From Candidatus Nitrospinota bacterium M3_3B_026 (GTDB taxonomy: Bacteria > Nitrospinota_A > UBA7883 > JBPRGF01), in NCBI GenBank assembly GCA_051418015.1, contig JBPRGF010000031.1, positions 64,001-128,000 of the forward strand: 64,000 nucleotides of DNA, written 5' to 3'. The notes below the pieces were generated by a model. The model did no database searches. It was not told where the DNA came from and saw nothing but the letters and a program-made list of their open reading frames with translations. Each line of letters opens with the position of its first letter. The stretch's first letter is position 1. This document shows, piece after piece, positions 26,511 to 36,275 of this stretch. Position numbers and translations under genes: made by a program.

Positions 26511-28457
26511 CTAGAACCCCCCCGCGATGAACCAGAAGCCGACAAGGAAAACGCCCCCGAAGACCATCGCCAGCGCGTAGTCCCGGATAAGGCCGGTCTG
26601 CGTCCTCCTGAACACGGAGCCGAACTGCATGAAGAACTCCGCCACGGCGTTGACGAAACCGTCTATGCCGCGGACGTCGAGGATTTTCCAGAGGACCGCG
26701 TCGGAGAACCGCACGATCGGCCGGACGATCACGGCGTCGTATATCTCGTCGACGTAGTACTTGTTCTTTATGACTGTGTATATTTTCGCCAGCCCGCTGT
26801 TTTCCAGCATAGCGTCCGCCGCCTCGGGCTTTGTGTAATAGAAATGCCGCGCGAGCAGTATCCCAAGAACCGCCACGCCGACGGACAGCGCCATCAGGAA
26901 AAGCTCGAGGCCGATGGAGGCGTGCGGATGCTCGGGCGCCTCGGCCACGTCGAACACCGGATGCAGGAAGTTGCTCAAAAGATGCCCGCCCTCTATCATC
27001 GGCAGACCCAAAAAGCCCCCCACGGCGGCCAGAATAGCCAGTACCATCAGCGGGACGGTCATGGAGTTCGGCGACTCGTGGACGTGCTCGCGGACGTGGT
27101 GGTCCTCGGCGCGAAGCTCGCCGGCGAAGGTCATGTAGTAAAGCCGGAACATGTAGAAGGCCGTGATACCCGCCGCGATCGTCGCCAGCAGCCAGTAGAC
27201 GACGTGTCCCGGCGTGTGCCCCAGGAAGGCCGACAGCAGTATCTCATCCTTGGAGAAAAAGCCGGACAGCACCGGGATGCCCGCTATCGCCAGCGTGGAG
27301 ACAAGGAACGTCCAGTGGGTGCTCGGCATCTTGTCCTTCAGCCCCCCCATCTGGCGCATGTCCTGCTCGCCGGACATTCCGTGGATGACCGAGCCGGAGC
27401 CGAGGAACAGACACGCCTTGAAGAAGGCGTGGGTCATGACGTGGAAAGCCGCCGCCACGTAGGCCCCCACGCCGCAGGCCAGGAACATGTAGCCGAGCTG
27501 GGAGACGGTGGAGTAGGCCAGCACCCGTTTTATATCGTCCTGGAAAAGCCCCATCGTCGCCGCGTAGAGGGCCGTAACGGCGCCGATGAGCCCCACCACC
27601 ACCATCGCCGCCGGGGCCATGTTGAAAAGGACCGCGCAGCGGGCGACCATGTAGATCCCCGCCGTCACCATCGTGGCCGCGTGGATCAGCGCGGAGACGG
27701 GCGTGGGGCCCTCCATGGCGTCCGGCAGCCAGGTGTAAAGGGGTATCTGGGCGCTCTTGCCGGCGGCGCCAAGGAAAAGCAGAAGCGCGATCCCCGTCGC
27801 CGCCGCGCCGCCGTAAACCAGGACGCCGGGCGCTTTCGAAAAGACCTCGGTGTAGTCTATCGTCCCGAAGGTCCAGAATATCCACATGATCGCCAGCAGG
27901 AAGCCGAAGTCGCCTATCCTGTTCATGACGAAGGCTTTTTTGCCCGCGTCTGAGGCGGACTGTTTGTCGTAGTAATAGCCGATCAGCAGGTAGGAGCAAA
28001 GCCCCACGCCCTCCCAGCCGATGAACATCAGCAGGAAGTTGTTCCCCAGCACCAGCAGGAGCATGGCGAACATGAACAGGTTCAGGTATGCGAAGAACCT
28101 GGGGTAGCCCTCCTCGTGGCTCATGTAGCCGGTGGAGTAGACATGGATCAGGAAGCCAACTCCGGTGACGATCAGCATCCACAGCCCCGAGAGGGGGTCG
28201 AGCTGGATCCCCGCCTCCGCCGTGAAGCCTCCCGCGCCTATCCAGGTGTAGAGGACGTTCTCGTAGACCCTGTGGTGAGGGTCGAGCGACAGCAGGTTCA
28301 CGAAGGCGACGACCGCGATGAGGAACGAAAGCCCCGTGGAGCCGATGGCGAAGAAGTTCACCCAGCGGCGGGATATCTTGAACCCCGCGACGCCGTTGAC
28401 TATCGCCCCGGCGAGCGGCAGAGCCGGAACCCACCAGATGTTCTCAAGACCCCACAT
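26511..28457 (-). CDS. nuoL: NADH-quinone oxidoreductase subunit L
   Basis: GWEGVGLCSYLLIG, KSAQIPLYTWLPDAMEGPTPVSALIHAATMV. Confidence 0.96.
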   Translation of the reverse strand: MWGLENIWWVPALPLAGAIVNGVAGFKISRRWVNFFAIGSTGLSFLIAVVAFVNLLSLDPHHRVYENVLYTWIGAGGFTAEAGIQLDPLSGLWMLIVTGVGFLIHVYSTGYMSHEEGYPRFFAYLNLFMFAMLLLVLGNNFLLMFIGWEGVGLCSYLLIGYYYDKQSASDAGKKAFVMNRIGDFGFLLAIMWIFWTFGTIDYTEVFSKAPGVLVYGGAAATGIALLLFLGAAGKSAQIPLYTWLPDAMEGPTPVSALIHAATMVTAGIYMVARCAVLFNMAPAAMVVVGLIGAVTALYAATMGLFQDDIKRVLAYSTVSQLGYMFLACGVGAYVAAAFHVMTHAFFKACLFLGSGSVIHGMSGEQDMRQMGGLKDKMPSTHWTFLVSTLAIAGIPVLSGFFSKDEILLSAFLGHTPGHVVYWLLATIAAGITAFYMFRLYYMTFAGELRAEDHHVREHVHESPNSMTVPLMVLAILAAVGGFLGLPMIEGGHLLSNFLHPVFDVAEAPEHPHASIGLELFLMALSVGVAVLGILLARHFYYTKPEAADAMLENSGLAKIYTVIKNKYYVDEIYDAVIVRPIVRFSDAVLWKILDVRGIDGFVNAVAEFFMQFGSVFRRTQTGLIRDYALAMVFGGVFLVGFWFIAGGF

Positions 28458-28469
28458 GCCTTCCGCCCC

Positions 28470-28772
28470 CTATCCTTTAAGCTCGCTCACCTCGTCCATG
28501 TCCACCGTCTCGCGGTTTCTGAACATGGCAAGCAGTATGGCCAGCCCCACCGCCGCCTCCGCCGCGGCCACGGCCATGACCATGAACACGAAAACGTGCC
28601 CGGTCATGTCCCACATCAGCCGCGAAAAGGAGACGAACACGAGGTTCGCCGAGTTCATGATAAGCTCGATGGACATCATCACCACGATCACGTTGCGGCG
28701 CGTGAGCACACCCACGACGCCTATGGAAAAGAGGATCGCCGACAACGCCAGGTAATGGTTCACCGAAAGCAT
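28470..28772 (-). CDS. nuoK: NADH-quinone oxidoreductase subunit K
   Basis: RRNVIVVMMSIELIMN, VAAAEAAVGLAI. Confidence 0.96.
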   Translation of the reverse strand: MLSVNHYLALSAILFSIGVVGVLTRRNVIVVMMSIELIMNSANLVFVSFSRLMWDMTGHVFVFMVMAVAAAEAAVGLAILLAMFRNRETVDMDEVSELKG

Positions 28773-28776
28773 CGCG

Positions 28777-29280
<504 letters not shown>

Positions 29281-29281
29281 G

Positions 29282-29860
29282 TCACTCGTACCTGTCCTTG
29301 TTGAAGTATCTTTCCCTTATTACCTCAAGCCTCTTTTCAAGCGCGCTTTCGGGACGCAGAAGGGCTTTCTTGTCATAGACCATCCTGGAGCGGTCGTAAT
29401 CGCATATGTCAAAGTACTCGCCGCTCATCACTATCGCCTCCTTGGGGCAGGCCTCCTCGCAAAGCCCGCAGAAGATGCAGCGCGAGCCGTCCAGGATATA
29501 GGACTCCGGGTATCTCTCCCCGTTCTCCCTCTCCGCGCCGATTATGCTTATGCAATGGGCCGGGCAGACCGCCTCGCAAAGCCCGCAGGCGACGCATTTC
29601 TCCACCCCGTCCTCGTCGCGGGCCACCAGAACCGGCCGGCCCCTGTAAGAGGGCGGCGTCTCCGGCTTCTCCTCGGGGTAGTACATGGTCATGATCCTGC
29701 GCTTGCTCCGGCCGCCAGCCAGCTCGGCGAAAAACCCGGCCATGTTGTAAAAAAAGTGGCGCAGGGTTATCCCCATACCCCGGAGTATCTCCGGTATGTA
29801 AAGCCTCTCCCAGAAGGTCAGCTTTACGTTCCGGTCTACTTTCTTTATGCCTATGGTCAT
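29282..29860 (-). CDS. nuoI: NADH-quinone oxidoreductase subunit I
   Basis: CVACGLCEAVCP and CIFCGLCEEACP. Confidence 0.96.
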   Translation of the reverse strand: MTIGIKKVDRNVKLTFWERLYIPEILRGMGITLRHFFYNMAGFFAELAGGRSKRRIMTMYYPEEKPETPPSYRGRPVLVARDEDGVEKCVACGLCEAVCPAHCISIIGAERENGERYPESYILDGSRCIFCGLCEEACPKEAIVMSGEYFDICDYDRSRMVYDKKALLRPESALEKRLEVIRERYFNKDRYE

Positions 29861-29873
29861 CTTCTCTAAAACC

Positions 29874-30965
29874 TCACGGCGTGGGCATTATCCCGGTGAG
29901 AACGCCCACGCCGACTATGAATATCCAGACCAGCGAAAGCGGCAGGATGATCTTCCACCCCAGCCTCATCACCTGGTCATAGCGGAACCTGGGCAGGGTC
30001 CACCTTATGGTCATCTGAGCGAATATCAGGGCTATCACCTTCAGCGTGAACGTGGCCAGCCCCACCAGGGCCGCCGCCAGGTTGCCCGCCGTCCCGCCGC
30101 CGAAAAGCTCCACAAGGGCCGCGTCGGATATCCCCGGCAGGTGATGCCCGCCGAAGAACATCACCGCGCACAGGGCGGCGATGGTGACCATCTCCACGAA
30201 CTCGGAGGTCCAGAACATGATGAACTTCATCCCGGAATACTCAGTGAAGTACCCCGCCACGAGCTCAGACTCCGCCTCGGGGACGTCGAAGGGCACTCTC
30301 TTGTTCTCCGCGATGGCGCAGGCGAAAAAGAGCAAAAAGGCCGGCCAGTGCCAGATGATCCCCCAGCTCCAGAAACTCTCCTGCTTGGCCACGATCTCCA
30401 CGAGGGAGAGCGACTGGTAATACATCACCAGGCCGATTATCGTAAGGCCCATGGTGACCTCGTAGGAGAACATCTGCGCCGACGCCCGCAGCGCGCCCAG
30501 CAGCGACCAGTTGTTGTTCGACGCCCAGCCGCCGACGACCACGCCGTAAGTGGCCAGCGACGATATGGCGAACACGAAGAGAACCCCGACGTCCAGGTCG
30601 GCCACAACGAAATTGACCTCCCGGCCCCAAAGCTCGTACCGCCCGCCGTAAGGGATCACCGCGAAGGCCGCCAGCGCCGGGATCAGCGCTACCAGCGGCG
30701 CTATCTTGAAAAGCGCCCTGTCCGCGCCCCGGGGCATGAAGTCCTCCTTGAACACAAGCTTTATCGCGTCGGCAAGGGAGTGGAAAAGCCCGATGATCGT
30801 GAAACCGAAGATAGCCGCCCGGTTCGCCCCCACCCTGTCCTGCATAACGGCCGACTGCTTGCGCTCCACCCACGCCAGCACCGGGGCGAAAAAGCCGACC
30901 GTCATGCCGAAGACCATGGCTATCTTGATAACGGTCTCCAGCAAGTCCAGAGCAAGCCCGCTCAT
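29874..30965 (-). CDS. nuoH: NADH-quinone oxidoreductase subunit H
   Basis: ERKQSAVMQDRVGANR, PFDVPEAESELVAGY, PRFRYDQVM. Confidence 0.96.
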   Translation of the reverse strand: MSGLALDLLETVIKIAMVFGMTVGFFAPVLAWVERKQSAVMQDRVGANRAAIFGFTIIGLFHSLADAIKLVFKEDFMPRGADRALFKIAPLVALIPALAAFAVIPYGGRYELWGREVNFVVADLDVGVLFVFAISSLATYGVVVGGWASNNNWSLLGALRASAQMFSYEVTMGLTIIGLVMYYQSLSLVEIVAKQESFWSWGIIWHWPAFLLFFACAIAENKRVPFDVPEAESELVAGYFTEYSGMKFIMFWTSEFVEMVTIAALCAVMFFGGHHLPGISDAALVELFGGGTAGNLAAALVGLATFTLKVIALIFAQMTIRWTLPRFRYDQVMRLGWKIILPLSLVWIFIVGVGVLTGIMPTP

Positions 30966-30966
30966 C

Positions 30967-32175
30967 TTACCTGTCGCACTCCCCGCCTATAAGGTTGATC
31001 ATGTCGAAGGTCGGTATCAGGTCGGCCAGCATGTGGCCCTTCACCAGCAACGGCAGCGCCGAGGTCAGCGCGAAAGAAGGCGGCCGCACCCGCATCTTCA
31101 AAGGCGTCCCGCCGCCGTTGGAGACGACGTAGAAGCCGAGCTCCCCGTTGGCGCCTTCCACCGCCTGGTAGGCCTCGCCCTTCGGGGGATGTTGTCCTTC
31201 TATGTTCTTTTTAAAATGATGTATCAGCGACTCGATGCTTTTGCCGGAATCGTCCTTAGACGGCTGGCGCCAGCGCGGGTCGCCCACGTTTATGGGCCCT
31301 TCCGGGATCCTCTCAAGGCACTGTTCGACGATCCTTATAGACTGGCGTATCTCCTCCATGCGGATGAGGTACCTGTCGAAGTTGTCCCCCGTGGAGCCGA
31401 CCGGGATGTCGAAATCGAGATCGCCGTAGATAAGGTAGGGCTGGGCCCGGCGCACGTCGTAGGGGACGCCGCAGGCGCGCAGGCACGGGCCGGTGAAGCC
31501 CCACTGCAGCGCGTCCTCCTTCGATATCCCGCCGACGTCCCGCATCCTGTCCAGGAATATCCTGTTCTTCGTCAGAAGCTTGTTGAACTCGTCCCAGAGC
31601 TTTTTGTTCTTCTCGAAGACGCGGGCCACGTCGTCCTCAAAACCCTCCGGCAGGTCGGCCGCCACGCCGCCTATGCGGATGTAGTTGTGAGTCAGCCGCG
31701 CGCCGCACACGGACTCTATCAGGTCCCAGAGCAGCTCGCGGGCCTCGACGAAGTAGAGGAAAGCCGTCATCGCGCCAAGCTCCAGCGCCGCCGCGGCCAG
31801 ACATGTGTAGTGGCCGGACAGGCGCCCCATCTCGCTGACGATCGTTCTTATGTACTTGAGGCGTTCGGGGACTTCTATGCCTATAAGCTTCTCCACCGCC
31901 AGGGCGTATCCGACGTTGTTGGTGACCGACGCAGTGTAGTCCAGCCTGTCGGTGTAGGGAAAAACGCCGTCCCATTTCTGGTTTTCGCACTCTTTTTCGA
32001 AGCCGCGGTGCAGGTAGCCGATCTCCACGTCTATGTCCTCGATGGTCTCGCCGTCGAGGGTGAGCAGGAACCGGACGGTGCCATGGGTCGCCGGGTGCGA
32101 CGGGCCCATGTTGAGCGTCATCCGCTCGGTGTGATGCTCCTCGTGGAAGTCGTAGTCCTTCTCCATCGCCTTCAT
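30967..32175 (-). CDS. nuoD: NADH-quinone oxidoreductase subunit D
   Basis: LNMGPSHPATHG, GYLHRGFEK, DRLDY, GECDR terminus; no NiFe CxxC motifs. Confidence 0.96.
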   Translation of the reverse strand: MKAMEKDYDFHEEHHTERMTLNMGPSHPATHGTVRFLLTLDGETIEDIDVEIGYLHRGFEKECENQKWDGVFPYTDRLDYTASVTNNVGYALAVEKLIGIEVPERLKYIRTIVSEMGRLSGHYTCLAAAALELGAMTAFLYFVEARELLWDLIESVCGARLTHNYIRIGGVAADLPEGFEDDVARVFEKNKKLWDEFNKLLTKNRIFLDRMRDVGGISKEDALQWGFTGPCLRACGVPYDVRRAQPYLIYGDLDFDIPVGSTGDNFDRYLIRMEEIRQSIRIVEQCLERIPEGPINVGDPRWRQPSKDDSGKSIESLIHHFKKNIEGQHPPKGEAYQAVEGANGELGFYVVSNGGGTPLKMRVRPPSFALTSALPLLVKGHMLADLIPTFDMINLIGGECDR

Positions 32176-32183
32176 CTTTCCCT

Positions 32184-32702
32184 TCAGTTCCTCGGCCCGA
32201 TCAGCGGCTGGCGCTTCTTTTTCGGGTAATCCTTACGCAACGGGTGGCCCTCGAACTGTTCGTATAGCAGTATCCTGCGAAGGTCGGGGTGGCCCGTGAA
32301 CTTCACACCGTAAAGGTCCCACGCCTCGCGCTCGAACCAGTCCGCCCCGGCCCATACGCCGGTGACGGTAGATATCTCCGGATTCTCCCCGGAAAGCGGC
32401 GCCTTCACCCTAAGCCTGTGGTTTTTCTCCACGGAGTAGAGGTGGTAGACAACCTCGAACCGCGCGCCGCGCTCTTTCATGTACGGCCAGAAATCGGGAT
32501 CGTTCAGATAGTCCACGACGGTAAGGTCCATCATCATGTCAAAACGCGTCTCCCCGTCGTCGCGCAAAAAGCGCATGACATCGACGACATCCTCCGGCCG
32601 GACGACGATCGTGTCGTCGCCATGCTGGCTGTGGGTGTGTATGAGCGTGCCCGATCCTCCAAACCGCTCGGCCACCCTCGCCATCACCGCCGAATCCGCC
32701 AT
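32184..32702 (-). CDS. nuoC: NADH-quinone oxidoreductase subunit C
   Basis: WFEREAWDLYGV.F.GHPDLRRIL, GHPLRKDYP. Confidence 0.96.
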   Translation of the reverse strand: MADSAVMARVAERFGGSGTLIHTHSQHGDDTIVVRPEDVVDVMRFLRDDGETRFDMMMDLTVVDYLNDPDFWPYMKERGARFEVVYHLYSVEKNHRLRVKAPLSGENPEISTVTGVWAGADWFEREAWDLYGVKFTGHPDLRRILLYEQFEGHPLRKDYPKKKRQPLIGPRN

Positions 32703-32721
32703 ACCCTCTTCTCCTGGCCCT

Positions 32722-33270
32722 CTAGCCCGTTATTTTCCTGTCGTCGGCCTCGCCGACGGGCGATATGCCGCTGGCGAGCTTCATCTGGCCGCGGGTACCC
32801 GCCACCTTCTGCTGCAGTTTTATCAGCCCGTCCAGCACCATCTCCGGCCGCGGAGGGCAGCCGGGGACGTAGACGTCCACCGGGATCAGCGTGTCGATCC
32901 CCTGGACCGTGGCGTAGTTGTCGTACATCCCGCCGGAGAGGGTGCACGCCCCGAAGGCGTAAACCCATTTCGGCTCGGCCATCTGGTTGTAAACCTTCAC
33001 CAGGATCGGCGCCTGCTTGTGGCTGATCGTCCCCACCACCATCAGAAGGTCCGCCTGCCTGGGAGAAAACCTGGGCAGCGCCGCGCCGAACCTGTCTATG
33101 TCATATCTCGGCCCCGCCACGCTCATGAACTCCATCCCGCAGCAGGCCGTCACGAACGGGTACAGGAAAAAGCTGTACTTGCGGCCCCAGGATATTATCG
33201 AGTCGAGCTTGGTTATTATGACGCTGTCGGAGAGCGCCGCCGCGGCCCTGTCCTCGTCCGTCACTCCCAT
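32722..33270 (-). CDS. nuoB: NADH-quinone oxidoreductase subunit B
   Basis: TACCGMEF, SPRQAD, GACTLSGG, VPGCPPRPE. Confidence 0.96.
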   Translation of the reverse strand: MGVTDEDRAAAALSDSVIITKLDSIISWGRKYSFFLYPFVTACCGMEFMSVAGPRYDIDRFGAALPRFSPRQADLLMVVGTISHKQAPILVKVYNQMAEPKWVYAFGACTLSGGMYDNYATVQGIDTLIPVDVYVPGCPPRPEMVLDGLIKLQQKVAGTRGQMKLASGISPVGEADDRKITG

Positions 33271-33620
33271 TCCAAGGCTCCCTTCTTCCACACGTAGACA
33301 AGCCCCGCCGCCAGTATGGCGATGAAGACCATCATCTCCACGAACCCGAAAATCCCCAGCGGCTGGAATATCACCGCCCAGGGGAACAGGAACACCGCCT
33401 CTATGTCGAACACGATGAACAGCATCGCGACCAGGTAGAACCGGACGGAGAACCGCAGCTTCGGCGAGACGATCTGGTTCTCGCCGCACTCGAAGGGCTC
33501 CATCTTCTCCCGGAACCGAACCTTCGGCCCCAGGAACTCCGAAAGCCCCAGCATCACCGCCGCGACACCCGCCGCCGCGAGCAACATCAAAAGGACCGGA
33601 ACGTACTGGTTCAGCTCCAT
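33261..33620 (-). CDS. nuoA: NADH-quinone oxidoreductase subunit A
   Basis: PFECG, FYLVAMLFIVFDIEAVFLFPWA, WKKGALEWE. Confidence 0.96.
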   Translation of the reverse strand: MELNQYVPVLLMLLAAAGVAAVMLGLSEFLGPKVRFREKMEPFECGENQIVSPKLRFSVRFYLVAMLFIVFDIEAVFLFPWAVIFQPLGIFGFVEMMVFIAILAAGLVYVWKKGALEWE

Positions 33621-33719
33621 GCCGCGCCGCCTCCCTGCCGCGAATCCGCCCCCCGCCCCGTCGGGCGAAGCGGGGAGAGTCTAACATCCTCAACCGTCAT
33701 GTCAAACAAACCGAAAAGC

Positions 33720-36275
33720 TTATCCATCGGCCTTTTTTATCCTCACGAAGGTGGCCGCGTCGCCCCTGTACACGAGGCGATACGCCGGCGCGTCCTCGAA
33801 AGACTTCGGCATGAACACGGTCCCCTTGGGAGATTTTCCGGTCACGGCCGCCACGGCTTTTATCGACCCCTGCCGGGACTCCACGGTGACGGCGTCTCCG
33901 TCCTTCAGCCCCTCCGCCCCGGCGTCCTCCGGGTTGATCTCGACGAACGCCGCGGGCTCTATGCCGTTCAGCGCCTCGCTCTCGCGGCTCAGCCCGTCGA
34001 GATGGAAAAGCGAGTTCCCGATAAGCGCAAGGTAAGGATAGGCGCCGTCCTTTTTGATCTGGAGCGGCGACGGGTCGAACTCGAACGCCCTGCCCTTCCC
34101 CCTGGCCCCGGGGTATGACACCCTCCCCGCGCCGCCCTCGGCCACATCGGTGTATCCGGGAACCTTTTGGGCTATCTCGCCGGTTATCTGGGCGGCGCTG
34201 GCGTAGCTGATATCCATCCCCGCGGCCTGGGCCATCGCCTGGAATATCTCCCATTCCGGTTTCGACTCGCCCTTCGGCTCCACGGCTTTGCGGACGAGCT
34301 GCGGCCTGCCCTCGTTGTTCGTATACGTCCCGTCCCGCTCCGGCTGGACGCAGGCGGGCAGGATCACGTCCGCCAGCCCGGCCGTCTCGGTCATGAACGA
34401 CTCCGTGACGGCGACGAACTCGGCGGCCTGTATCGCCTCGCGGATGAACTCCCCGTCCGGGTAGTGGACCGTCGGGTCCGCGCCGGCCACCACGAGGGCT
34501 TTCAGCGTCCCCTCGGCCAGGTCGTGGAAAATGTCTCTGCCGGCCGCAGGCTGGCTCCCGCCCTTTTCGTATCCCGGCAGGCGCGAGGGAGCGACGCCCA
34601 TGTCGGTGACGCCCTGGGTGTTGCAATACTCCCTGTAAAGCAGCGCCTCGCCGCCCGCGAGGCGGGCCAGGTTCGACAGGGCTTTCACTATCTCCAACCC
34701 CTTCGGGTGGTCGTGTATCTGCTTTCCTATGAAAACGAGCGGCGCGCCGCGTTCGGCCATCCCCCGGGCGGCGGCCTCGATCTTCTCCAACGGAACACCG
34801 GTGGTCTCGGCGGCCTCTTTCGGATCGACAGCGCCGGCCGTCTTCACAAGCAAAGAAGGATCGTCGACCCCGTCCGCCGCCGACGCCGGATCGATCGCTC
34901 CCTCCCCTTCGGCCATCAGCCGGATCAGCGCGGCCGCAAGCGCGGCTTCCGTCCCGTATTCGTACCGCAACCTCAAAAGCTCGTTCGGCTGGAAGCCGGT
35001 CTCGCGGCTGTCGGCTACGTAAAGCGGCGTCCCGTGGTCACGCATGGCCATGCGGACCATGTTGGCTATCACCGGGTTCTCCCGCGCCGCGTCCAGCCCG
35101 AAGAAGAAGAACGACCCGGCCTTCTCTATCCTCTCGTAGCTTATTATCGGAGCGGAGGCTCCGAACGTCTCAAAAAGCCCGGAGTTGAGCTCCGGCGCCC
35201 TCATGTTCGACATGGTGTCGAGCCGTTCAACCTTGAAGCCCTCCCTGAAAACCTTCTGGAGCAGGTAGGCGTCCTCGTTGGTGATCCTCTCCGAGGCCAG
35301 GACGGCCACGGAGTCCGGCCCGTGTTTTTTGACTGTCTCGTTGAGCCTGTCCACGACGGTCTTCACGGCCTCGTCCCAGGAGACCGGCTCGTGTTTCATG
35401 TTCTTGCGGACGAGCGGCTTTGTAAGCCTCCCCTCGGCGCTGAACGCCTCGAACCCGAATCGCCCCCTGGCGCACAGGTTCCCGGTGTTGATACCGATAT
35501 CGTCGCCGGAGGTTATCCGCGCTATGAGCCCGTTCTTGACGTTTACGTGATACGAGCAGCCCACGGCGCAGTGGGGGCAGACGGTCCGGACTTTTTCAAC
35601 CTCCCAGGAGCGGACCGGCAGGACGATGGCGCTGCTTATCGCCCCCACGGGACAGACGGACAGGCACTGCCCGCAGAAGTCGCAGTCCAGCGTCTCGGAG
35701 CCGACAGGCTTGACCCTGGCGGCGTAACCCGCGCCGTCGAACTCCAGCGCCGCCACGCCCTGTATCTCCCGGCATATCTTCACGCACCGCTCGCACATGA
35801 CGCACAGGTTCTTGTCGTAGCGCAGCACGTTCCAGTCCGCCAGCGGGACGCGCGTCCTTTCCGCCGTGGCGAATATCTGGTTTGTCACCCCCAGCTCGAA
35901 GGTCATGTCCTGAAGCGAGCACTCGCCAGACCGCTCGCACACGGGGCAGTCCAGCGGATGGTTGACGAGGATGAACCGCATCATCTGCTGGCGGTAGCGG
36001 GCAAGCTGTTCGCTCTCCGTGGTGACGGCCATCCCGTCGGCCGCCGGCGTGGCGCAGGACATGACGGGCCCGTCCACCCCCTCCACCTCCACCGAGCAGA
36101 CCCTGCACGAGCCTATGGGCAGAAGTTTTTTGAGGTAGCAGAAAGTGGGGATGTAGACGCCCATCTTCGTTGCGGCGTTGAGTATCGTCGTCCCGGCGGG
36201 AACCTCCACGGACGCGCCGTTAATGGTCAGCGTGACCGAGCCGGTGATATCCGTCGGCGCGGCGGTCTCGATCAC
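33720..36275 (-). CDS. sfrA: SfrA/NuoG-like Fe-S molybdopterin-fold subunit
   Basis: GTG start overlapping the sfrB stop; IPTFC, GSCRVC, NHPLDCPVCERSGEC, two ferredoxin motifs, CPHCAVGC...LCARG; organised like Geobacter SfrA. Confidence 0.85.
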   Translation of the reverse strand: MIETAAPTDITGSVTLTINGASVEVPAGTTILNAATKMGVYIPTFCYLKKLLPIGSCRVCSVEVEGVDGPVMSCATPAADGMAVTTESEQLARYRQQMMRFILVNHPLDCPVCERSGECSLQDMTFELGVTNQIFATAERTRVPLADWNVLRYDKNLCVMCERCVKICREIQGVAALEFDGAGYAARVKPVGSETLDCDFCGQCLSVCPVGAISSAIVLPVRSWEVEKVRTVCPHCAVGCSYHVNVKNGLIARITSGDDIGINTGNLCARGRFGFEAFSAEGRLTKPLVRKNMKHEPVSWDEAVKTVVDRLNETVKKHGPDSVAVLASERITNEDAYLLQKVFREGFKVERLDTMSNMRAPELNSGLFETFGASAPIISYERIEKAGSFFFFGLDAARENPVIANMVRMAMRDHGTPLYVADSRETGFQPNELLRLRYEYGTEAALAAALIRLMAEGEGAIDPASAADGVDDPSLLVKTAGAVDPKEAAETTGVPLEKIEAAARGMAERGAPLVFIGKQIHDHPKGLEIVKALSNLARLAGGEALLYREYCNTQGVTDMGVAPSRLPGYEKGGSQPAAGRDIFHDLAEGTLKALVVAGADPTVHYPDGEFIREAIQAAEFVAVTESFMTETAGLADVILPACVQPERDGTYTNNEGRPQLVRKAVEPKGESKPEWEIFQAMAQAAGMDISYASAAQITGEIAQKVPGYTDVAEGGAGRVSYPGARGKGRAFEFDPSPLQIKKDGAYPYLALIGNSLFHLDGLSRESEALNGIEPAAFVEINPEDAGAEGLKDGDAVTVESRQGSIKAVAAVTGKSPKGTVFMPKSFEDAPAYRLVYRGDAATFVRIKKADG

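Noticed and set aside
30967..33270. Group 4 NiFe hydrogenase instead of complex I
   Set aside because: The large subunit lacks Ni-binding CxxC motifs, and the full nuoAHJKLMN membrane arm is present.
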